Source of the DNA: the human T2T-CHM13v2.0 reference genome, Homo sapiens | Assembly (NCBI RefSeq): GCF_009914755.1 | Contig: NC_060926.1 | Strand: one strand, 5' to 3' | Length of the DNA stretch: 64,000 nucleotides | In this document: in pieces, positions 1 to 12,764 of the stretch | How positions within the stretch are numbered: the stretch's first letter is position 1 | How the letters are laid out: every line of letters begins with the position of its first letter | Program-made: the position numbers and the translations under genes | Notes under the pieces: generated by a model | The model's database searches: none | Told to the model about the DNA's origin: nothing | Seen by the model: only the letters and a program-made list of their open reading frames with translations

Positions 1-1719
1 AGCAAACAAACAAACAAAACCCCCCAAAAAACTTGCCCTCTAATTTAGGGGGCATCAAGAGAGTGTTTGTAAGGCTGAACTGGCATCAGGTTTCACTACC
101 CTGATATTCACTTATATATCATGCTATCGACTTTTTTAAGTTTAAGGAAGCTGTTATGAGATTAAAGGAGCATGTCAATGCAGAAAGATTTACAGGTGTA
201 CCTCACTTTCAGCAAACTGAATATCTGAAAACCAGTGTAGTACAAAAGATAAATTTGCAAAATAATTCATTTCACTCCCACTTTGAGTAATTGGTTTACC
301 ATCTACATTTAAAATACAAACTGATTTTCCACAATTTGTTTTACATAAAACATAGTAAGCACATAGGAGCTGCATATAGAGAGATGTACAGGGAACTAAC
401 AAATCAGTATTTGGACACCACTGCAAAGGATGGAAATGAAGATTTCCCTGATTTTAAAAGTGTTCATTGACTACAGGAGCTAAAAAAGACTTCTAATAAT
501 TTGCAAGTTATAAACAATCTTTATGCAAAGAGGGTTAGTAGTTTGGAATTTTTTTTGAAGTTTTCTCCTAGCTCCTTCTTTGGGTTTCTCACATTCAGTT
601 ATCTCAGGAAGGACATCAAAAGACTCCATTTTAAAATCACAGTGGTAGGTGTTTTAAGCATACTTTCACATCCCAGGTAAACATTTAACACCTGTGCACA
701 CATAGACATACACATTGGAGACCTAAGATACTCACAAAGGAGACAATACCAACAGAGCTGTGCTCCAATAATCAATTTTCCATCATGCTACCTGAAGAGC
801 CATTCATTCCAGAATACCATCCCCAGTGTTTGAAATGCCAACCTTTTCACTTTCAGTCAGCTTTGGGAACCCTAACCTGTTGGTTGCCGGAACAGAAGAG
901 CTCTCAAATGCCTTTGCCAAGCATGTTTCTCTGTGGATAGAGACAGGTTAAATACATACATTTTACATTGCAGGAGAAATTTAGAACACCTCTTGGGTAA
1001 GCTTCCTGGATCCCTATCCGTGGAGTTTCTTAAGGATAGCATAACTGTCTCTCATTCCTGAATGAGAATTCCTAGCATTACAGAGTAAACTGCATTAGAA
1101 TTCTGAGTATCTTATGATACTGATGAAATGCTCTTTCACATCCAAAACAAACAAACAAACAAACACAAACCAACGAACCAACCAACCAAACAACAACAAC
1201 AACTACAACAACAAACTGGAGAGTTGCAGTGGGAGCAGAAAGTCCCAGAATCCTCTAGGTGTACTTAAAACAGGAAGGCAACAAGAGGCTGTCTGACAGA
1301 AAAACAGGCCTGGAGGAATTTACAAAGCCCCTTCCAGGGTCTAGTCCTTTGACCAAACCCTAGGTATTGTTTGCAGCCTGCAAGGGTAAAGGGGAGAAGG
1401 AATATATGGAAAGGAGCAAAGCAGAAGTTGAAAGTGTCAGGAAGATGAGTGGAGAAGAGATGAAGAAAGGGGAGTTAAATGAAGAAAAGGGGGATGTGTG
1501 TTGAAAGGAAGAGAGAGAGTGATGGGTAAAAAAGAGGAAAAAAAGTTGAAATACATAAGATGAAGTTCCCCATCAACAAATGACTCAGTTGATCAGTAAA
1601 AAAACCCTCAGAGTGGCCAATCTTCCACTTGACCCATACCCCACCCAGTTCCAAACCTCACAGCAATGCCATGGTCCTCTATGAGCACTTTCTCGCCTTT
1701 TCACAAAGGCTAATCTCAC
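1..1719 (-). other. TACR1: TACR1 intron 1 (5' portion), beginning with donor AG|GTGAGA
   Basis: Minus strand reads GCC TTT GAT AG|GTGAGATTA with GT at 1719-1718. An intron splitting the DRY motif is the known tachykinin receptor gene structure. Confidence 0.93.
1143..1215. repeat. Compound (CAAA)n/(CCAA)n/(CAA)n microsatellite
   Basis: Directly visible. Another (CAAA)n lies at 3-20. Confidence 0.9.
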
Positions 1720-2108
1720 CTATCAAAGGCCACAGCCGTCATGGAGTAGATACTGGCGAAGACAGCGGCGATGGGGAAGAAGTTGTGGAACTTGCAGTAG
1801 AACAGGCCGTAGTACCATTCGTTGTGGACAGCATAGGTGAAGTTCACCACTGTATTGAATGCAGCCATGGAGGCCTCCGCGAAGGCCAGGTTCACCAGAA
1901 AATAGTTCGTCACTGTCCTCATTCTTTTGTGGGCTAAGATGATCCACATCACTACCACGTTGCCCACCACAGAGGTCACCACAATGACCGTGTAGGCAGC
2001 TGCCCAAAGGACAATTTGCCAGGCTGGTTGCACGAACTGATTGGGTTCCGAGGTGTTAGTGGAGATGTTTGGGGAGAGGTCTGAGTCCACCGGGAGGACG
2101 TTATCCAT
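1720..2108 (-). CDS. TACR1: Tachykinin receptor 1 (NK1R, substance P receptor), coding part of exon 1 (aa 1-130: N-terminus, TM1-TM3)
   Basis: Translation [39 protein letters not shown]...[30 protein letters not shown]...SMTAVAFDR matches human NK1R as I know it. Class A GPCR GN, LAxxE and DR(Y) motifs, N-glycosylation sequons N14 and N18, Kozak GAAATGG. 389 nt ending at a phase-2 donor. Confidence 0.98.
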
Positions 2109-2692
2109 TTCGAAGCTAGGCGGTAAAGCCCTACTATCTGTACACAACCCCCCTCTGCAGCAGAGTCCTGTGGCTGGCGCCTGGGGCTCAGGGTCCTTCT
2201 AAAGCCAGACAGGAGGGTGGAAGGCTTTTTCTGGGCAGCACTCTTTTTGAAAGCTGAACTGGCGCTCAGAATATAAACGCTTCTGGATGCACTGCCCGCC
2301 TGCCCGCGGTGGCTCTGAATTCCTCCACTTTCAAGCTTCAGGAGACGTTTGAGTTCAGAAGTCTGGAGACAGCATCTCTCTTGCGGTAAACTGAAAAAGG
2401 GAAAGAAATTCCACCGGTCACAGTTCTAGGAAGCAAGAGATCCCCCGCATTTATGCACCTGCTGCTGCCTGCAACTCCTATTTCTCCTTCCTCCGCAGGG
2501 AAAGGCAAAGCCCTGTGCTGCGTGAGGACTTAGGAGCGAAGTGGGGGCCCATTGCAGCGCGACCTGTAAAAGTTCTGAGCCTATGGCCAGGATTCTGGAG
2601 CTTCGTATCCAGCTGGAGATTTTTCCTTCTCTTTTGCTGCCGCTGCCGCCGCCTGCAGTTTCGCGGGCACCTCTCGGTTCGGGTTGCTCAGC
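2109..2692 (-). other. TACR1: TACR1 5'UTR (approximate; TSS inferred ~25-30 nt downstream of the TATA box), containing three uORFs
   Basis: Lies between TATA (2717-2723) and ATG (2108). uATGs at 2552, 2450 and 2375. The exact TSS cannot be read from sequence. Confidence 0.7.
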
Positions 2693-2716
2693 TCGCGAGT
2701 TAGCTGCGCACGAGGC

Positions 2717-2723
2717 TTTTATA
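2717..2723 (-). promoter_or_regulatory. TATA box TATAAAA of TACR1
   Basis: Minus strand GGGGGTTATAAAAGCC within a GC-rich promoter. Confidence 0.85.
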
Positions 2724-2734
2724 ACCCCCTGCAG

Positions 2735-2742
2735 AGACGTCA
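2735..2742 (-). promoter_or_regulatory. CRE/ATF-like element TGACGTCT
   Basis: 7/8 match to TGACGTCA, 12 bp upstream of TATA. Confidence 0.75.
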
Positions 2743-3429
2743 CTGGGAAGGGGCAGTACCTGGGCTGCGTACTCGCCAGTCCCGGTGCGCAGCGCGGCAG
2801 CTGCGCCAGCTGTTGACAACTGTCTCATTCCACCGCCGCAGCTACCACGCCTTTTGCTGCTTGCTACTTGCCGTGGGAGTCTGCGAGCCGGGAGCCCCAC
2901 GCACTCCGCGAGGGGGCAGTAGGTGGCTTGGAAGTAACTGACACAGATGCGGTCCGCAGCTGGAATCGTCGTTGCACGAGGGGTGCTGGGAGGAAGGAAG
3001 GATTTGGGAAACAGCAGGAGTGGAGGACAATCAACTTCCAGGGAATGAAGCCCAGAGCCCTGAGACAGCTCTGCAGAGGCGGCTTGCCTGTGGCAATGGG
3101 AAACGGTCATGTGTGGGGGCGATGTGCCAGCGCCGCGCTCCGGGCCGCGCTCCAGCTACCGAGAAGCCAGAGGCGACGACTCCCTGGTCCAGGTGTCCCG
3201 AAAACAACTTTCCTGAGGCTGTGTTTAGGAAACACCCCCACAAAATATCTAGCTCAGTTACCTGGCTAGCTGATTCACCTGGGAAGTGACAGTCTCTAAG
3301 CTTTGAGGACACTTTCCTCAGCCACCCTGGTGACTTGGCCCCTCGTTCCAGGAGAAGCTCCATTTGAGCCCTCCACCTGACCCCTCTGGATGAGCCTCTG
3401 CTCAATCACTGGGGACAGGGCTGAGCTCC

Positions 3430-4215
3430 CTGCGAATCTTGGTGAGCGCAGGAGCCACACTCATAGGCAGCTTGTCGCTCAGACGCGCGGCTCTGGGCTC
3501 TCCGCCAGCAATCACTGCGGCGCTGCGTTTGCCTCCCGGGGACCTGGCAGCCTCCGCCTCCGCGCCTGCCAAGCCTGCAGGCCAGAGCCGGGCTCGGGGT
3601 GGCATCGGTGGTCCTTCTCCCTGTTCCCCTTCCAGGTTTGCATAGGGGCTGGAGGACAGGTCAGCCAGCCTTCTCTGCCCGCCTCCATCCTGCCCTGCCG
3701 TCTTCTGACTTTGAGGCCTCGTATCCCAGTCCAAGACCATTTCAAACGGTAGAACTGGTGCCAGACACTTGGAGGAGGCAGGGCAAAGACTCGCCAGTCC
3801 GTATAAACCCTTTTGGAGAAGCCAAGATGGGATGAGCTCCGCAGCACGTTCCCGCCAGACTGCTGCAGGCAGAGTTCCGCGGAAAACTGAACCCCGGGAG
3901 TCCTCAGGGGCCCATCTACCCCGGTGCACCGCCCCCTCCTTTCACTGCGGGGACTCGGAGCTGTGGGACTGGAGCGCGCACCGGCAGACTTGCGCGCAGG
4001 TTGGAGTTGGCGCACACCCGCGCCAGCCGGGGAGCGGCGTTTACGCACTGGTACCGCGAGCGCTCAAAGCATCTCTCGGGAAGTGCTTTAAGGCTGGGAA
4101 ATTTACTATACACTTATGCCGGGCAAAAATTGGATCCCACGCCGGGGAGGAGAATCTGCTGTTTCACTCTGTATTTTTTCGGAGCCTGGGATTTTAGCGT
4201 ATATAGGAACCGCAC
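3430..4215. promoter_or_regulatory. CpG-rich block 2 (distal, ~0.7-1.5 kb upstream of the TSS)
   Basis: Dense CpG, e.g. 3481-3610 and 3840-4080. Confidence 0.7.
3572..3773 (+). repeat. Local direct duplication, copy A (probable source)
   Basis: Ungapped alignment to 5041-5242 (offset 1469), 31 mismatches in 202 bp by manual count (~85% identity). Confidence 0.92.
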
Positions 4216-4403
4216 ATTGCTTTGCCAGGTTCTCCTAGGCACCCGTAAACACACTGCATAGAAAACTCTAGAGATGCTTTCAAGAGAACAGCGTCCCTTT
4301 ATTTAGAGCGGCTGCACAAGAGGTCTTCTTTGTGGAAGGGAATGCCTCCTCCACCTTGGATCTCTGCTTGAGGCTTCCACCATCTCAAAGAGCTGACAGA
4401 GAG

Positions 4404-4457
4404 AGGGAGGAAAAGGGAGAGGGAAGGGGATGCGGAGGGTGGGGGAGGGGGGAGGGG
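4404..4457 (+). other. G-rich tract with G-quadruplex potential
   Basis: Eight GGG+ runs with short loops, e.g. GGGTGGGGGAGGGGGGAGGGG. Confidence 0.6.
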
Positions 4458-4659
4458 AAACTTCTCTATCTTTAATTTTCCTTCCAAGCTGTTTAAAGTT
4501 ATCTTTTCTTTTTTCTCCCTGTCCATTAGAGCCAGGCTGACGTTTTCAAAAGGAACTTTATTCAGTGGTTAAGGGAGAAAAAGAAAGCTAATCGAATAAA
4601 ATCTAAATATGTAATAAGAGCTAAATATAAAATAAATATGAAATAGCTAAAAAGTAAAC

Positions 4660-4980
4660 ATTAATCCATTTATCCTCCATTAGTACAGCAAGTTGATATT
4701 TTGAAGCAGGTACTGTGCTGGGCACTGGGGCTGGGGGGTGAACAAGCACTTACAGTATGGAGGAAGACAAACAAGAAGCAATGAACCATACAAAATGGGC
4801 GGTATTATGATGACCAAAGGTACTAAGCCCTGAGTGAGGAGAGAAGAGGGAGGCCACCTAACCTAAACAATGAGGGGTATCCGTACAGATGGAAGAAAAT
4901 CTCATCCATGAAGAAGCCTGAAGAATGAGTTAGGATGGGAAGAGGTTGAGGGTGGAAAAAAGGCGAATATTTCAGGCTGA
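4660..4980 (-). mobile_element. L2 (LINE-2) 3' fragment, ancient
   Basis: L2 3'-end-like motifs tactgtgctgggcactgggg, cacctaacc and cctgaagaatgagt. Confidence 0.55.
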
Positions 4981-4987
4981 AGTTTTA

Positions 4988-5270
4988 TAAATCAAACCTT
5001 GTCACTCTGCTTAAAGTCCCATAATGACTGCCCACCTATGAGCCTGCAGGTCAGAGCGGGGCCCTGGGTGGCATCAGGGGTTCTTCTCCCTGCTCACCTT
5101 CCAGGTTTGCATAGGGACTGGAGCGCAGGTCAGCCCGCCTTCTCTCCCTGCCTCCATCCTGCCTAGCCCTCGGCTAACTTTGAGGCTTCGTATGCCAGTC
5201 CAAAGCCACCTCAAATGGTGGAACTGGTGCCAGGCACTGGGACACCTACGTTCCTTACCCTGGCCTTCAA
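4988..5270 (+). mobile_element. Short L2 fragment split by duplication copy B
   Basis: tgtcactctgcttaaagtcc (before 5041) and tccttaccctggccttcaa (after 5242) resemble near-adjacent parts of the L2 consensus. Confidence 0.5.
5041..5242 (+). repeat. Local direct duplication, copy B (probable derived copy)
   Basis: See copy A. Confidence 0.92.
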
Positions 5271-5559
5271 CTCTGGTGTGTTGATGAGTCTGACTTGGGG
5301 TTGTTTTTCTTTCTACTCCGGGATTTTCATGGCTGGTAGCCATATCTTAGGAATCCTTATGACTTGCTAAAGCTAGTTTCTCTTCTTAAAAAGAAAAAGC
5401 ATATTCATGATGGGTTCACCATTGAGGGAAAAAAAAAGCCTCAGCTATACAGTAGCAGAAGTTGTTTTTGGTTCATACCTATGATATGAGGAGACACTTT
5501 ATCTAGCATCACCCATCTATAAAGTAATGAATTTTCCCCCTACAGCTTTGCACAAATAT

Positions 5560-6090
5560 ATAGATAAAATTCTATACATGCTATTTCCCTCCAAGAGCTG
5601 ATATTCTTGTTTTCTTATCCTTTTTCCCCCTTCGTTCCTCTTTTCACTGAACATCTTCCTTGACACTCAACACAGGATCACACATCTTAAAGTAAACGCT
5701 GTTAACAATGTAGTATAAATCCTTCCTTATTTGTCCAGACTCTTTGATACTATCTAGATGGAAATACAAACATACATAATATTCACACATGTAAATGCAA
5801 ATATAGGACTTTCATTGTTGTCTGTATTTTGTTTTTCCCACTCTAAACTTTGCCCAGCTGTTTCAGAGTCAACAGGTATAGATTTAACTCATTTTTCAGT
5901 GGTTAAATATTATTTCTATGTTATGGATACACCGTAATTTATACATTCAATTCTCTATTCATGAAAATTAACTTTGTTTCCAGTTTTTGTCACTAAAGGC
6001 AATTAACAATAAACATTCTCTACATCCTGGTGTTTTCTTTCTATGGGGGTAGATTCAAAGTGGAATTGCTGGGAAGTAGATTATATTTAT
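5560..6090 (-). mobile_element. Old L1M (L1ME-like) 3' region, resuming at ~13905
   Basis: gtttccagtttttg...gtggaattgctggg. The continuation attgcctttcaaaaagg...tttccccacatc appears after the younger L1. Confidence 0.6.
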
Positions 6091-6306
6091 ATTCCTATGC
6101 ATATGCATATATATGTTGTGAGTTTCTATTCATATTTGTTTATTTTTAAAAGTTTTAAATAAAGTTTTGTTTCTTTGAATTATTTCCTATATTTTATACA
6201 AATAACTAAGAGTCTATACCAACTTCATATATTACTTTTTAAAGCGAAAACATGAATTATTTGCAATTTGCCCATATATTTGCACATACACAGACACCAG
6301 CATGGT

Positions 6307-9300
6307 TTTTAAAAAACTTTTATTTTGGGTTCAGGAGTAACGTGCAGGTTTGTTATATAGATAAATTTTGTGTCACAGGGGTTTGGTGGACAGATTATTT
6401 TGTCACCCAGGTAATAAACTTAGTATCTGATAGGTAGTTTTTTGATCCTCACCCTCCTCCCACCCTCCAGCCACAAGTAGGGCCCAGTGTCTGTTGTCCT
6501 TTCTATGTGTCCATACGTACTCAGCGTTTAGCTCTCACTTATAAGTGAGAATATGCAGTATTTTGTTTTCTGTTCCTGCTTCAGTTTGCTTAGAATAATG
6601 GCCTCCAGATCCATCCATATTGCTGCAAAGGACATGATCTTGTTCTTTTTTATGGCTGTGTAGTATTCCATTTACACGTGTATATATATACCACATTTAT
6701 ATATGTGGTATATATACAAATATGTACCACATTTTCTTTATGCAGTGTACTACCATTCATGGGCATTTAGGTTGAGTCCATGTCTTTTCTATTGTGAATA
6801 GTTGCTGCAATAAACATATCAGTGCATGTATCTTTATGGTAGAACAATTTGTATCCCTTTGGGTATATACCCTATAATGAGATTGCTGGGTCAAATGGTA
6901 ATTCTGTTTTAAGTTCTTTGAGAAATTGCCACACTGCTTTCTACAATGGCTGAACTAATTTACATTCCCACCAGCAGTATACAAGTGTTCCCTTTTCTTT
7001 GAAACCTTACCAGCATCTGTTACTTTTTGACTTTTTAATAATAGCAATTCTGACTGATATGGGATGGTATCTCATTGAAGTTTTGATATGCATTTCTCTA
7101 ATAATTAATGATAGTGAGCAATTTTTCATATGCTTCTTGGCCATGGGTATGTCTTCTTTTGAAAAGTGTTCATGTCCTTCGCTTACTTTTTAATGAGGCT
7201 GTTTATTTTTTGCTTGTTAATTTAAGTTCTTCACAGATTCTGGATATTAGACCTTTGTTAGATGCAGAGTTTGCAAGTATTTTTTTCCCATTCTATATGT
7301 TGTCCATTTGCTTTGTTGATAATTTCTTTTGCTGTGCAGAAGCTCTTTAGTTTAATTAGGTCCTATTTGTCAATTTTTGTTTGTGTTGCAATTGCTTTTG
7401 GCATCTTTATCATGAAATCTTTGCCAGGGCCTATGTGCAGAATGATATATCCTAGGTTATCTTCCAGGGTTTTTATAGTTTTACATTTAAGTCTTTAATA
7501 CATCTTGAGTTAATTTTTGGATATGGTGTAAGGAAGTGGTTCAGTTTCAGTATTCTGCATATGGCTAGCCAGTTATCCCAGCGCCATTTATTGAATAGGT
7601 GCTGTTCTAATGGTCCATGTGTCTGTTTTTGTACCAGTAGTATGCTGTTTTGGTTACTGTAACCTTGTAGTATAGTTTGAAGTTGGATATGTGATGTCTC
7701 TAGCTTTGTTCATTTTGTTTAGAATTGCCTTGGCTATTCAGGCTCTTTTTTGATTGCATAGGAATTTTAAAATTGTTTTTCTAATTTTGTGAAGAATGTC
7801 ATTGGTTGTTAGGAATAACATTGAATCTGTAAATTGCTTTGGGTAGTTTGGCCATTTTAGCAATACTGATTCTTCGTATCTAAGAGCATGGAATGCTGTT
7901 TCATTAGTTTGTGTCATCTCTGATTTTTTTGAGTAGTGTTTTGTTGTAGAGATTTTTGTTGTAGAGATCTTTCGCTTCCCTTGTTAGTTGTATTCCTAGG
8001 TATTTTATTCATTTTTTGGCTATTCTTGATGAGATTGAATTCTTGGTTTGGCTCTCAGCTTCGATGTGGTTGGTATGTAGAAATGCTACTGATTTTGTAC
8101 ATTGGTTTTGTATCCCGATACTTTGCTGAATTTATCAGATCTAGGTGCTTTTGGGCAGAGACTATGGGGTTTTATAGGTATCATCTGCAAACAGAGATAG
8201 TTTCATTTCCTCTTTTCCTATGTGAATGTCTTCTATTTATTTCTCCTGCCTGGTAGCTCTGGCTAGGACATTCAGTGCTATGTTGAATAGGAGTGGTAAC
8301 ATTGGGCATCTTTGCCTTGTTCCGGTTCTCTAGTGGAATGTTTCCAGTTTTTCCCCATTCAGAATGATATTGGCTGTGGGTTTGTCATAGATGCCTCTTA
8401 TTGTTTTGAGGTATGTTCCTTCAATACCTAGTTTACTGAGGGGTTTTAACATGAAGGGATGTTGAATTTTATCAAAAGCCTTTTCTTCATCTATTGAGAC
8501 GATCATGTGGTTTTTGTTTTTAGTTTTCTTTATGTGATGAATCACATTTATTGATTGCATAGTTGAACCAACTTTACATCCCAGGGGTAAAGCCTACTTG
8601 ATTATGGTGGATTAGTTTTGCTGCTGGATTGGGTTTGCTGGTATTTTGTTGAGGATTTTTGCATCAATGTTCATCAAGGATATTAGTCTGAAGTTTTCTT
8701 CTTTGTTGTGTCTCTGCCAGGTTTTAGTATGTGAATGATGCTGGCCTCAAGGAATGAATTAGGAAGTCCTTCCTCCTCAATTTTTGAGAATAGTTTCAGG
8801 AGGAATGGTACCAGTTCTTCTTTATACATCTGGCAGAATTTGGCTGTGAATCCTTCTGGTCCTAGGCTTTTTCAGATTGATAGGCTTTTTATTGCTGATT
8901 CAGTTTCAGAACTCATTGGTCTGTTTAGTGATTCAATTTCTTCCTGGTTCAATCTTGGAAGGCTGCATGTTTCCAGGAATTTATTCATTTTGTCTAGGTT
9001 TTCTAGTTTGTATGCATAGAGGTGTTCATAGTAGTCTCTAAAGGTTTTTTAAAATTTTTATTTCTGTAGGGTTAGAAATAACCCTACATCTCCTTTGTCA
9101 TTTCTGATTGTGTGGGTTTTTTTTTTTTTTTTTTTTTTTTTGGATCTTCTCTCTTTTTTCCTTTGTTAGTCTAGATACTATTCTACCCATGTTACTCATT
9201 CTTTCAAAGAACCAACTGCTGGACTCAATCTTTTGTATGACTTTTCACATCTCAATTTCCTTCAGTTCAGCTCTGGTTTTGGCTATATCTTGTCTTCCGC

Positions 9301-10297
9301 TAGTCTGGAGGTTGGTTTGCTAGTTTCTCTAGGTGTGGTGTTAGGTTGGTAATTTGAGATCTTTCTAACTTTTTCATGTGAGTGTTTAGTAGTATAAACT
9401 TCCCTTTTAACACTGCTTTAGCTGTGCCCGGAGATTCTGGTATGTTGTATCTTTATTCTTTCTGGTTTTAAAGAATTTCTTGATTGCTGCCTTAATTTCA
9501 TTGTCATTATACCAAATGACAATTGTACATTGTCATTTTTGTTGTACCCAAAGTCATTCAGAAGGAGGTTGTTTAATTTCCATGTAACTGTATGGTTTTG
9601 AGCAATTTTTAAAGTATTGATTTCTATTTTTATTGAGCTGTGGTCCAAGAATGTGGTTGGTATAATTTAGTTTTTGTTTTTTAATTTGCTGAGGGTTGTT
9701 TTATTGCTGATTGTGTGATCAGTTTTAGAGTATGTGCCATGTACAGTTAAGAAGAATGTAAATTCTGCTGTTTTGGGATGGAGAGTTCTGTTAGTTCCTA
9801 TTGATCAAGTGTTGAATTCAGGTCCTGAATATCTTCGTTAGTTTTCATCCTTGATGATCTGTCTAATACTGACAGTGGGGTGTTGAAGTCTCCCACTATT
9901 ATTGTGTGATTATCTAAATCTTTCATAGGTTTCTAAGAACTTGATTTATGAATCTGGGTGTTCATATATATATATATGTATATATGAACAAGAAGATCTA
10001 ACTATCCTATATATTTATGTTTTAAGAGATTATTTATATATATATAGGACATATAAGGTGAGATATATATCTATATCTATCTATATGTAGGATAGTTAGG
10101 TCTTCTTGTTCCATTGAACTCCCTTTGCCATTATGTAATGCCCTTCTTTGTCTTTTTGATTGTTGTTGCTTTAAAGTATTTTGTCTGAATTTAGGATAGC
10201 AATCCTTGCTTTTTTTCTGTTTTCCTTTGCTTGGTAGATTTTTCTCCATCCCTTCACTTTGAGCCTGTGGGTGTCATTGCATGTGAGATGGGCCTCT
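6307..10297 (-). mobile_element. L1PA15/16-like LINE-1, 3'UTR plus most of ORF2 (degenerate)
   Basis: 3' end ggggtttggtggacagattattttgtcacccaggtaataa. Minus-strand ORF2 remnants, e.g. SINVIHHI...[22 protein letters not shown] (8330-8560) and DHSSIKIEIN (9418-9648). Confidence 0.9.
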
Positions 10298-10300
10298 AGT

Positions 10301-12758
<2,458 letters not shown>

Positions 12759-12764
12759 TCAACC

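Larger units (their letters stand above)
2290..3200. promoter_or_regulatory. CpG-rich block 1 (TACR1 promoter/5'UTR)
   Basis: High GC and abundant CpG (cgcg, gcgc runs) compared with the CpG-depleted flanks. Judged by eye, not computed. Confidence 0.75.

Noticed and set aside
2109-2147. 13-aa N-terminal extension of TACR1 ([13 protein letters not shown]) in the ORF track
   Set aside because: It starts at a non-ATG codon. The real protein begins MDNV at 2108, in good Kozak context.
3802-3808. Plus-strand TATAAA suggesting a divergent lncRNA promoter
   Set aside because: A single hexamer with no further support. Divergent transcription is plausible but cannot be shown from sequence.
2426-4261. 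Many overlapping 60-180 aa ORFs
   Set aside because: Expected in GC-rich, stop-poor CpG islands. Low-complexity R/A/G/P peptides with no recognisable domain.
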